From contig JAGRNJ010000011.1 in the NCBI GenBank assembly GCA_020440825.1, positions 23,660 through 73,239 on the forward strand: a DNA stretch of 49,580 nt. Reading direction: 5' to 3'. The notes under the pieces are model-generated. The model was given only the letters and a program-made list of their open reading frames with translations, ran no database searches and was not told where the DNA came from. The translations under genes and the position numbers were made by a program. Origin of the DNA: Leptospiraceae bacterium. GTDB lineage: Bacteria; Spirochaetota; Leptospiria; Turneriellales; Turneriellaceae. Positions 1 to 8,076 of this stretch are shown here, one piece after another. The number at the start of each line of letters is the position of its first letter. The stretch's first letter is position 1.

Positions 1-1263
1 GGAAGTTTCAATGGTATTCACAGTGACCGGGTCAGGCAGATTGATTTCTACCTCGGAGCATTTGACCCCGGAGGTTTGCTCTTTCAGAAGCTGCAAAAAT
101 CTTTCAATTGCCGGCAGTATAAGACTGGTGTCCTGCCCTTTTTCAAAACGGGCAGAAGCCTCACTGCGCAATGAGAGGGCAGAGACTGCTTTGCGAATAT
201 GGGTGCGATGAAATGACGCTGATTCCAGAAAAATCGAACTGGTTTCGGCAGTTACTTCGGTGCTCGCCCCCCCCATAACCCCGCCAATGGCCACTGCATG
301 TTCACCATCGCGAATTACCGGCAGACCGGCAGGTAAAGTTCGTTCTTTCTCATCAAGAGTTATCAGTTTTTCATTTGCCTTTGAGAACCCCACATGAATA
401 TTCTTTTTGATTTGATTTTTATCGAATGTATGATTTGGCTGTCCCAGATCTAGCATGACAAAATTAGAGATATCTACAATCGAATTGATTGGCCGAATAC
501 CACAGGCAATCAGCCTTGCCTGTAACCATAAAGGAGAAACCTGAACCTGCAGGTTATCGAGTACGGCAAAGGCATAGCCTCGCGCACTGTCGTTTTCTAT
601 AGTTACAGTTTGCGATTTTTTGAATTTCAGATTGTGCAATTCATAGGGATTCTTTTTGAGTGGGATATCGAGCAGGGCACTGAGTTCCCGGGCAAAACCA
701 AAATGGCTCCAGAGATCAGGCCGGTTGGTGATCGATTTATTATCTACATCTAGAATAAAGTCATTGGCAAAAAAGATATCAGCGAGAGACTTACCCGGTT
801 GCCAATCATCTGGCAAGGTAAGCAAACCATCTTCAGACACTGCAGGATAATTCAACATGAAATCTTCAATACCCAGCTCACTTGAAGAGCATAGCATGCC
901 ACTGCTCTCAAGACCTCGCAGTTTTGCTTTCTTCATCTGCATTCCCGAAGGCAGAGTAGAGCCTACTGGTGCGACAGGGTAAACCCCACCCTGGCGCACA
1001 TTGCCTGCACCGGTGACAATTTGAATGACTTCTTTACCGGTATTGACCTGGCAAACTTTGAGTTTATCTGCATCGGGATGCGCTTCCAGAGCATCGACCC
1101 GGGCAACACCGAAGTCTTTTAACCACGGCATAAACGGTACGACTTCTTCAATCTCACAGGTCTTCATTGTAAGCAGAGAACCCAGTTCATGTGCAGCAGC
1201 CTCTGTGCTTTCATAAGAAGAAAGATCAATATACTCAGTGAGCCAGTTCAAAGATATTTTCAT
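1..1263 (-). CDS. pheT: Phenylalanine--tRNA ligase beta subunit, N-terminal ~420 aa; the 3' end runs off the window
   Basis: The minus-strand translation starts MKISLNWLTEYIDL, the classic PheT N-terminus. It reads open to the window edge. Its ATG at 1261-1263 overlaps the pheS stop in an ATGA arrangement, giving the conserved pheS-pheT order. Confidence 0.85.
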   Translation of the reverse strand, partial: MKISLNWLTEYIDLSSYESTEAAAHELGSLLTMKTCEIEEVVPFMPWLKDFGVARVDALEAHPDADKLKVCQVNTGKEVIQIVTGAGNVRQGGVYPVAPVGSTLPSGMQMKKAKLRGLESSGMLCSSSELGIEDFMLNYPAVSEDGLLTLPDDWQPGKSLADIFFANDFILDVDNKSITNRPDLWSHFGFARELSALLDIPLKKNPYELHNLKFKKSQTVTIENDSARGYAFAVLDNLQVQVSPLWLQARLIACGIRPINSIVDISNFVMLDLGQPNHTFDKNQIKKNIHVGFSKANEKLITLDEKERTLPAGLPVIRDGEHAVAIGGVMGGASTEVTAETSSIFLESASFHRTHIRKAVSALSLRSEASARFEKGQDTSLILPAIERFLQLLKEQTSGVKCSEVEINLPDPVTVNTIETS

Positions 1264-2501
1264 AATGCCTCTTGCAATTGTATGCCCCGGGTAAACTGGC
1301 TGGCAAACTGGATATCGGGATTCATTTGCAGTCGAATATCTTCAATACCATAGCGCAGCATCACAAGACGGGTCAACCCCAGACCAAATGCTGCACCCTG
1401 CCACTCATTGGGATCAAAACCGGCCAATCTAATCACATTGGGATGTACCAGGCCGCAAGGCAAGACCTCTACCCAGCCAGAGTGCTTACAGACAGCACAG
1501 CCTTTTCCCTTACAGATTTCACACTGCATATCAAGCTCGAAGCCCGGCTCAACGAACGGGAAATAGCCGGGACGCAAGCGAACTGTCACTTTCCGTCGGA
1601 ACACTTCTTTGAGCAGTGTCTGCATCAGATACAGCAGATTGGCAACATTCACTTTTTTGTCTATGACCATGCCTTCCATCTGGTAGAATGTATGTTCATG
1701 AGAGGCATCAATTTCTTCATAACGGTAAACCCTCCCGGGAGCCACAATTCTCAGGGGCGCACCATTTTTCTGTAAAGTGCGCACCTGTACCGACGAGGTA
1801 TGGGTACGCAATAAGGTACCGTCTTTCGTATAAAAAGTATCTTGCATCTCTCTGGCCGGATGGTCGTCAGTAAAATTTAAAGCTTCAAAATTATAAAAAT
1901 CTGTTTCAACTTCAGGCCCGTCGGCAATTGCAAAACCCATTTTTGTAAAAATCTGTTCCAGTTCCCTCTGTAAAATGGTTGTGGGATGCAGGGTCCCGGG
2001 CCGGGCCGGAGAATCTCCCATGACCAGACCCGATGGCAGCGGGGTTAAATCTATGAATTCTTCTGTAGCAAGTGAGGCCATCCGCGCTGCGCGCAACTCG
2101 CCTTCTTTCTTTTCGTTTGCTCCTTCATACCAGAGTTTCAGTTCATTGGCAGTTTTCCCAACTGCCCCCCGGTCTTCACCTGAAAGACTGGCCAGCCCCT
2201 TTAATATGCCGGTCAGGGTACCTTTCTTGCCTAAAAATCTGACTTTCAAATCTTGCAGTGCTTCTGCCGAGCTTGCCGCGGCAATCGACTCTTGCATTTC
2301 ATTTTTCAAACCCGCGATCTGCTCGAGAATCTGATCTTTGCTCTGGCCGCTCATAATCGGCAGAAAAGTTCCCGAAAACGTACCGTCAATGCCGAAAGCT
2401 GGGCGCAGGATCAAAGAGGTGGGGTCCAGAGCCCCTGTGGCTTCAAGACCGAGCAGGCAAAGCCTGCATCGGTGAAGTTCCGGGTATGTGCAAATGCGCA
2501 A
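1260..2501 (-). CDS. pheS: Phenylalanine--tRNA ligase alpha subunit
   Basis: The 413-aa ORF carries class II aaRS motifs (FTDDHPAREMQDTFY, GLGLTRLVML) and shows translational coupling to pheT. Confidence 0.95.
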   Translation of the reverse strand: MRICTYPELHRCRLCLLGLEATGALDPTSLILRPAFGIDGTFSGTFLPIMSGQSKDQILEQIAGLKNEMQESIAAASSAEALQDLKVRFLGKKGTLTGILKGLASLSGEDRGAVGKTANELKLWYEGANEKKEGELRAARMASLATEEFIDLTPLPSGLVMGDSPARPGTLHPTTILQRELEQIFTKMGFAIADGPEVETDFYNFEALNFTDDHPAREMQDTFYTKDGTLLRTHTSSVQVRTLQKNGAPLRIVAPGRVYRYEEIDASHEHTFYQMEGMVIDKKVNVANLLYLMQTLLKEVFRRKVTVRLRPGYFPFVEPGFELDMQCEICKGKGCAVCKHSGWVEVLPCGLVHPNVIRLAGFDPNEWQGAAFGLGLTRLVMLRYGIEDIRLQMNPDIQFASQFTRGIQLQEAL

Positions 2502-2684
2502 ACCAAGTTTCTGACAAGTAAAGCTACTTTGTTATCCAAAGTAGCGCAACGTTCTGCGGGGTTTTTCCAGGGTAGTTTTGAAAAAACTACTTTGGAAAAA
2601 CTAGTCGCTGACTCGCGACTCAGCGAGCGTCTGAAACTTGGTTCTGTGACGAGCCGCACCCACAATATCCTGCGCCCGCGAAAG

Positions 2685-2705
2685 CTTTATTCAATTGACG
2701 GTATG
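2685..2705 (+). promoter_or_regulatory. 21-nt motif CTTTATTCAATTGACGGTATG (copy 1), with an identical copy at 8032-8052
   Basis: An exact 21-mer occurs twice in the window, each time upstream of a plus-strand gene (ECF sigma factor; GH13). It contains the palindromic core TCAATTGA and the hexamer TTGACG. Confidence 0.35.
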
Positions 2706-2885
2706 CGACCTTGATACGATAAGATATAGAGATTATTTTTGATTAATCAACATTCATCCTTGCCGGCCAAAATTGAAGATAAAGCTGATTGTCTGGAAAA
2801 ATTACGTGCAATCCTGATAAACTGAAATTAACGATAAAGTAGTCTTAAATCGTTTACTACCTCAGACAACTGTTGATATTGCCTT

Positions 2886-3395
2886 GTGTCCGAAACATCC
2901 GATAAACACCGGATTTTCTCTGAATTTTATCTGGAGTATTACGAATCAGTTTACCGCATAGTTCGGGCAAAGAAGTTTCCCTACAACACATTGCGCGATA
3001 CTGTTTCTATTATTTTTGAAAAAGCTTGGCTTGATTTTGAAACATTCCTGAAAAATAAAGATATTAGATGGCTTTATAAAATCATACGAAATGAAATTAG
3101 AAATGTTACCCGTAATAAACATTTCAAACAATCACTTGCCGACGATATTGAACCTTATTTTAGACCTGATACAACGAAAAAACCGGTAGAAGAAGAATTC
3201 ATCAAAAATGAAACTCTTTCAGTTTTGATGAATAAAATAAGCAATCTGCCTGCCCGACAACGGGAAACAGTACTGCTAAACATTCAGGGCTATTCATTTA
3301 CTGAATCTGCAAAAATTTTGGGAATATCTGTACAGGCCGTTCATAAATTATTCAAGAAAGCAATGATTAAGTTACTGCCCCATATTGACAATTAA
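2886..3395 (+). CDS. ECF-type sigma-70 family RNA polymerase sigma factor
   Basis: The 169-aa product has a region-4 HTH (QRETVLLNIQGYSFTESAKILGISVQAVHKLFKKAMIKL) and a region-2-like N-terminus. GTG at 2886 is the first in-frame start after a TGA at 2874. Confidence 0.7.
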   Translation: MSETSDKHRIFSEFYLEYYESVYRIVRAKKFPYNTLRDTVSIIFEKAWLDFETFLKNKDIRWLYKIIRNEIRNVTRNKHFKQSLADDIEPYFRPDTTKKPVEEEFIKNETLSVLMNKISNLPARQRETVLLNIQGYSFTESAKILGISVQAVHKLFKKAMIKLLPHIDN

Positions 3396-3421
3396 AATCG
3401 ACCTTAGAAACTTACTTGCTC

Positions 3422-4840
3422 TCAACGAATTAATGAATAGATCACAATTTTTCCTGTGGTTGGGGCTGTATTACTGTCTAAACTGTATCCGGCTAAATAA
3501 TAATTGGTGGCAGTGCTTACAACTGACACAATCGAGGTAAAGTTTTCCGGTCCTGCTATGAGTACAACTCCGTCCCCGGCTCCAAAATCACTGTTCAGTG
3601 TTCCGTTTGAGTCAAGCATTGTCATTGCTGCAATCCCAGAGATTCCTGAAGTAGCCATACCCGTTGTGATAATGCAACCACATAGACTCTCATAACTGCC
3701 TCCTGTCGCTGCATATCCCATATAACCAGGAATAGACACATTTGACAATCCAGAGTTGCCGTAAGTCAATAAACTGCCCGCCGAATTTAATATACCTGTT
3801 ACCGCACGAAATTCAAAATTTGAATTCAATTGGGACTTTACACTGAAAGAAAATTCTCCGGATGATGTTGTTTCAATGGAAGCAGTAAAATCTGACCCAG
3901 AATAGGTTCCACCGGCCAGATTTTCAAAAGACAATCTTCCCCCAGAATTGAAAGCAGTATCTAAGTCGCCATTATTTTTTTGTAACTTCCAGAATGTTGC
4001 ATTTGTAAAAGTACCTCGACTACTTGAGCCACCAACGAAAATGGCATTACCTGATAGAACCAGTTTTAAACCAATATCATCCGCATTCCCGCCAGCAGCA
4101 TTATTATCTGCAACATTCCAGGTCACCGAAGGATTCCCTGAACCGGGACGAATTCGCCAAACGACCATATCATTCCCCGCACCGGATGAACGTCCGAATC
4201 CGGTAATATAATAATCACCATCGGTGTCGATTTTAAGTTCACGGGCAGAGTGGTTACCATTGTCAACCGGCGTTGAAACAGTGTAAATAAAACTTCCGGC
4301 ATTAAACGTAGTATCAGGTGTGCCGTTATCATTTAGACGCCATAGAGTCATTGCTGTATCAAAGGTACCTGATGCATCGGTATCACTGTAGCCGGCCACA
4401 ATTATTCTCCCATTTGAGTCAACTGCGACAGAATAACCGCCATCAGATTGACCACCGCCACCGGCATTGTTATGTAAAAAGACCCCGGGGGTGGCCCCCC
4501 CGGAGTTAAAAGAAGTGTCGAGAGAGCCATCAGAGTTTAATCGAATCAAAAACATGTCAGAGGTATTGCTCTGCAGAATATTTGTCTCACCTGTAATTAA
4601 GAGCCTTCCCGAAGAATCTGCAATGATTTTACGGGCCAGATTTAATTCGGGCTTAACTGAGAAATCAGCAGTTCCATCAGAAGAAAAGCGTACATCCAGA
4701 GTTCCTGAATTTTCCGATAAACCAGACTTTTTCTGGAGTGACCCCGCATTACGCAAAGCTTCCCATACGCCTTCACTTGAGCAACTACTGCATAACAATA
4801 TGGGAAGGAATGTGGCTATAATTTTAAAAATTAATTTCAT
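3422..4840 (-). CDS. Secreted lipoprotein with delta-60 beta-propeller repeats
   Basis: The signal peptide and Cys lipobox read MKLIFKIIATFLPILLCSSC. The body has repeated D-G-x-L-D-t-s-F-N-x-G-G units (LDTSFNSGG, PDTTFNAGS, LDTAFNSGG, LNSDFGAGDG) typical of delta-60 repeats. Confidence 0.65.
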   Translation of the reverse strand: MKLIFKIIATFLPILLCSSCSSEGVWEALRNAGSLQKKSGLSENSGTLDVRFSSDGTADFSVKPELNLARKIIADSSGRLLITGETNILQSNTSDMFLIRLNSDGSLDTSFNSGGATPGVFLHNNAGGGGQSDGGYSVAVDSNGRIIVAGYSDTDASGTFDTAMTLWRLNDNGTPDTTFNAGSFIYTVSTPVDNGNHSARELKIDTDGDYYITGFGRSSGAGNDMVVWRIRPGSGNPSVTWNVADNNAAGGNADDIGLKLVLSGNAIFVGGSSSRGTFTNATFWKLQKNNGDLDTAFNSGGRLSFENLAGGTYSGSDFTASIETTSSGEFSFSVKSQLNSNFEFRAVTGILNSAGSLLTYGNSGLSNVSIPGYMGYAATGGSYESLCGCIITTGMATSGISGIAAMTMLDSNGTLNSDFGAGDGVVLIAGPENFTSIVSVVSTATNYYLAGYSLDSNTAPTTGKIVIYSLIR

Positions 4841-5594
4841 AAACCTGGCCTAGTGCAATCGTAGGGAATATTCGGTTTTCAAGATACAGATTCAACTGAA
4901 TCAACAATCCTGGTAACCAACTCCAAAGTGAATAATGGATTATACCACCAAGAGTAACTATGGGTTGAACTGCTTTTACCTGAATTCCATTGATGCTTGT
5001 GTTAAAATAGAATATTCCGGCCCCTGCATTAAATTGAAATCTGAAATGTTTTACTGGAACACTCCATTGCAAAAGAAATACGGACGAAGGTAGCCAGAAT
5101 GCATCTTCAATCTGCAGATTTGGCAATGTATATGAAAAACGTTTAAAGTTTAGTTCAATTCCGGCATGTGGACAAAGTTGCCGTTTAAGACAGAAGGGAA
5201 TTGATTGCAGGTAGGTAACCCCTGCGCCTAAGCCATAACCTGAGGATCCTCGTATCCCTAAGGGTAAAGATTCAAATTCCAGAGAACCAGAAAGAGATCG
5301 AAATTTGGAGAATTCAACTTCATTTACCTTAGGCTTCTCACCATCTTTAGATGCTATTTTTTCGGATTCTTTAATTGTAAAAGAAAATTCTATGCGTTCG
5401 ACATTATTCTGCGGAAGAACCTGTTCGGAACGATCATTAAGTAGAATTATCACAGCCTCGTCAGTTCTACTGATAACGCTTCCTGATACTTTCGAACCAT
5501 TTTTCAAGTATACAGTATCTGCAAACATTTCATTCAAAATTGCCAAGGAAAAAAAGAGTAAAATAAAAATTACATCATGGAGATTCCGTCGCAT
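4824..5594 (-). CDS. Secreted or outer-membrane hypothetical protein; the N-terminal YLKNG module is followed by a beta-rich C-terminus ending in F
   Basis: An N-terminal signal peptide is present, and the C-terminal half is aromatic and Gly-rich with a terminal Phe, which looks like an outer-membrane barrel. It overlaps the upstream gene by 20 nt. Confidence 0.45.
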   Translation of the reverse strand: MRRNLHDVIFILLFFSLAILNEMFADTVYLKNGSKVSGSVISRTDEAVIILLNDRSEQVLPQNNVERIEFSFTIKESEKIASKDGEKPKVNEVEFSKFRSLSGSLEFESLPLGIRGSSGYGLGAGVTYLQSIPFCLKRQLCPHAGIELNFKRFSYTLPNLQIEDAFWLPSSVFLLQWSVPVKHFRFQFNAGAGIFYFNTSINGIQVKAVQPIVTLGGIIHYSLWSWLPGLLIQLNLYLENRIFPTIALGQVYEINF

Positions 5595-6633
5595 TCAATT
5601 TCAATTCCTGTATATCCGACCTTCTAATATTCTGAATCCCGTTTACTGTTTTAAAGTGGATCAATTCTTCATCACTACCCTGAAATTTACCCTCTAACTT
5701 TATTCCTGATTTTAAATACAGAATATCATTTGAATTTTGAGTTTTTTCCTGTGAAGGCGATACAACAGGTTGCACTAATTGTTTTTCTTGCACATTAGAA
5801 TTTTGATTAAACTTTTTTTCGTGCTCATGAAACCCATCTATTCCAAATGAAGATTTTTGATCTTTTTCTAGAATTTTTTCATTTCCGTTACGGTGTCGAA
5901 GTAAAACCTTCCCTCGTGATACTGACACACTACCTGACTCTTCATAAAGATCAAACTCAAAAACTGTTCCCAGCACTACTATTTCAATTATTGGATGAAC
6001 AATTGTAAGATTAATTTTTGAATTAAGTGTAAATTTTGCCTTTGCTATTTCGGCTGCAAAGACGAACTCCTTAGATTCAAAATTGGCAAGCTTAACACTG
6101 ATTAAGCCGCTCTCCAAATCAATTTTCCAGGAAGAACTAAGATCAATAGTATTGACACGCCCTTTGTCAACTGCAATCATATTGCCAGCCTTAATCGGAT
6201 ATTCACGGCTATGAAACAGACTGCTTTGCCATAATATGGTAAAGCCAAGGAACAACATCCCGAATGCACTGGCAAAAACAGGAATTCGAAAGCGTTGGAA
6301 GAATCCAAATGATTTTTTATTATCCGATTCTGCTCTCGCAATAATGGCAGACACCGGCTCGGGTCTTTTGATAATAAAAATTTGATTAATCTCTTTTGTG
6401 GTTTTATTCCAGACTTTTGAAAGGTCGGCCCTGTTTTTACCGTTTTTCTGTTCATCAATAATCTCCGCGGTCAGTTGTTCCGCCTTATTTTTCAAGGTAG
6501 ACTTACTCTTACTATTTGGCAACTCAGGCGAAGATTTTTGATTTCTATTTTCCATTTTTTTGATCTGCGCCTGAATGTCTTTTACCAGTCTGTTGCATGT
6601 AAAGGGATTTTTAAGATCCCGAACAGATTTCAC
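5575..6633 (-). CDS. FecR-domain single-pass membrane protein with anti-sigma-like topology
   Basis: A cytoplasmic N-terminus is followed by one TM helix (FGMLFLGFTILW) and a periplasmic FecR-like beta domain (RGKVLLRHRNGNEKIL...). There is no zinc-binding anti-sigma motif. Confidence 0.5.
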   Translation of the reverse strand: MKSVRDLKNPFTCNRLVKDIQAQIKKMENRNQKSSPELPNSKSKSTLKNKAEQLTAEIIDEQKNGKNRADLSKVWNKTTKEINQIFIIKRPEPVSAIIARAESDNKKSFGFFQRFRIPVFASAFGMLFLGFTILWQSSLFHSREYPIKAGNMIAVDKGRVNTIDLSSSWKIDLESGLISVKLANFESKEFVFAAEIAKAKFTLNSKINLTIVHPIIEIVVLGTVFEFDLYEESGSVSVSRGKVLLRHRNGNEKILEKDQKSSFGIDGFHEHEKKFNQNSNVQEKQLVQPVVSPSQEKTQNSNDILYLKSGIKLEGKFQGSDEELIHFKTVNGIQNIRRSDIQELKLNATESP

Positions 6634-6655
6634 AAACTGAAAAAGTGAAAATTAG

Positions 6656-7765
6656 CTATTGTATTTTTCTAATTCGTTTATTATTTTGATCTGTCACATA
6701 GAGCGCATCGTTGGTTGCAACGATGCCAGATATCGTATTAAACAAAACAGATGTACCACTGCCATCCTGGTAACCTTGCCCGCTACAGTCGCCAACCAAG
6801 GTAGTGACCTGTGCAGAATCAGTGTCTACTTTTCTCACACAATTATCATCCCCGATATAAAGGTATTTTCCGTCTGTTGTCATAGATGCGATTTCAGTAA
6901 AGGCTGCCTGAGTACCGGTTCCATCCACACTAGTATTATTGGCATCATACCCTGCCAGTGTAGATACTGTGTTTGTATCTAAATCTACCTTTCGAATAAA
7001 TTGTGTATCATTACCATCCTGATCACTGAAATACATTTTATTGTTTAGAAATACACCAAATTGGGCATAGTCTAAACGACTATTGGAAACACTGCCGTTG
7101 ACTATTGAACTGGAACCCTGCGAGCCGGCAAAAGTTGTCACATTTACACTTGAGACCTCTATTTTCCTTATCAAGTTGTTACTTGTCTCTATCACAAAGA
7201 AAATAGAAGCATCTGCATTGCTAATAACTTGGCCAACACCTGTGAATCGGGCACTTGCTCCGATTGCATCGGTATAGCCTGAAGCACTCGATCCTGCAAA
7301 AATATTTTTTGTAGCACTGGCTGTTAGTATATTAGTAAACTTTTCTATGCGGTGAGCACCAGAAACGTATAGTGCGCTATCGTAATACATTATATTGCGA
7401 CTGGGATTTGCACTGCTTGAAGCATCAAAAACGTCGCTTACTGTGTTACTGCTTATTTGCATTTTACGAATATCCCCTGGTATGCTGTTATCAATCCAGA
7501 AAAGATAATCCCCATCTGTTGTTAAACCCCTAGGTGATTCTATTCGTGCATTGGTGCCTATTCCGTTCACCTGTCCCTGCGTCCCGTCGCCGGCAACCGT
7601 TGTCACTGTCCCAGAAAGAGAAAGACCACCACATGTGTGGTAGGTTCCACTTATGATTTTACTCTTACATGATGAACTGCTCTCAGATTCAACACTATCC
7701 TGTGACCCGTTTGCGCAACTAATGGCCAGTAAGGCCGCAATCATACTCAATAATATTTTTTTCAT
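6656..7765 (-). CDS. Lipoprotein with NHL-type beta-propeller repeats
   Basis: The lipobox reads MKKILLSMIAALLAISC. The body has periodic blades ending in IRKxx motifs (IRKMQ, IRKIE, IRKVD x2, IRKIQ). Confidence 0.6.
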   Translation of the reverse strand: MKKILLSMIAALLAISCANGSQDSVESESSSSCKSKIISGTYHTCGGLSLSGTVTTVAGDGTQGQVNGIGTNARIESPRGLTTDGDYLFWIDNSIPGDIRKMQISSNTVSDVFDASSSANPSRNIMYYDSALYVSGAHRIEKFTNILTASATKNIFAGSSASGYTDAIGASARFTGVGQVISNADASIFFVIETSNNLIRKIEVSSVNVTTFAGSQGSSSIVNGSVSNSRLDYAQFGVFLNNKMYFSDQDGNDTQFIRKVDLDTNTVSTLAGYDANNTSVDGTGTQAAFTEIASMTTDGKYLYIGDDNCVRKVDTDSAQVTTLVGDCSGQGYQDGSGTSVLFNTISGIVATNDALYVTDQNNKRIRKIQ

Positions 7766-8031
7766 ATTTACCTCTTAATCTTCTCAGTTTTTCATGTATT
7801 ATTCTATTATAAGTAAGGGCAGCAATATGGTAGTTTTTCAACCCCCTTACCTGCTTTTTTTTGATTTTTTATTACATGAAATAAAATGCCTTGTTTTTAC
7901 CAAAATTTTACAATATTAGGTCCGCTGAAATTATTTTATCAGACTATTCACTATTAAATACCGTTCAGAATGTAAGAGAATAATCTATTTGAAATAAAGC
8001 TTACGATACACTTAAGCTCATTGTTTTAATT

Positions 8032-8052
8032 CTTTATTCAATTGACGGTATG
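8032..8052 (+). promoter_or_regulatory. 21-nt motif CTTTATTCAATTGACGGTATG (copy 2), 24 nt upstream of the GH13 start codon
   Basis: It is an exact match to 2685-2705. Confidence 0.35.
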
Positions 8053-8076
8053 TGTTCTTATTAAACTCTATTATCA

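Noticed and set aside
2411-2665. 84-aa minus-strand ORF overlapping the pheS start, considered as a possible Phe-rich leader peptide
   Set aside because: It overlaps the first 30 codons of pheS in another frame, is not Phe-enriched, and the F-rich reading frame in the hairpin region has no start codon.
8042-8074. TTGACG within the 21-nt motif as a sigma-70 -35 box
   Set aside because: The spacing to the nearest TATTAT-like hexamer is 21 nt at copy 2, and no good -10 sits at 16-18 nt at copy 1. This is not a canonical sigma-70 promoter, so it is reported only as a shared motif.
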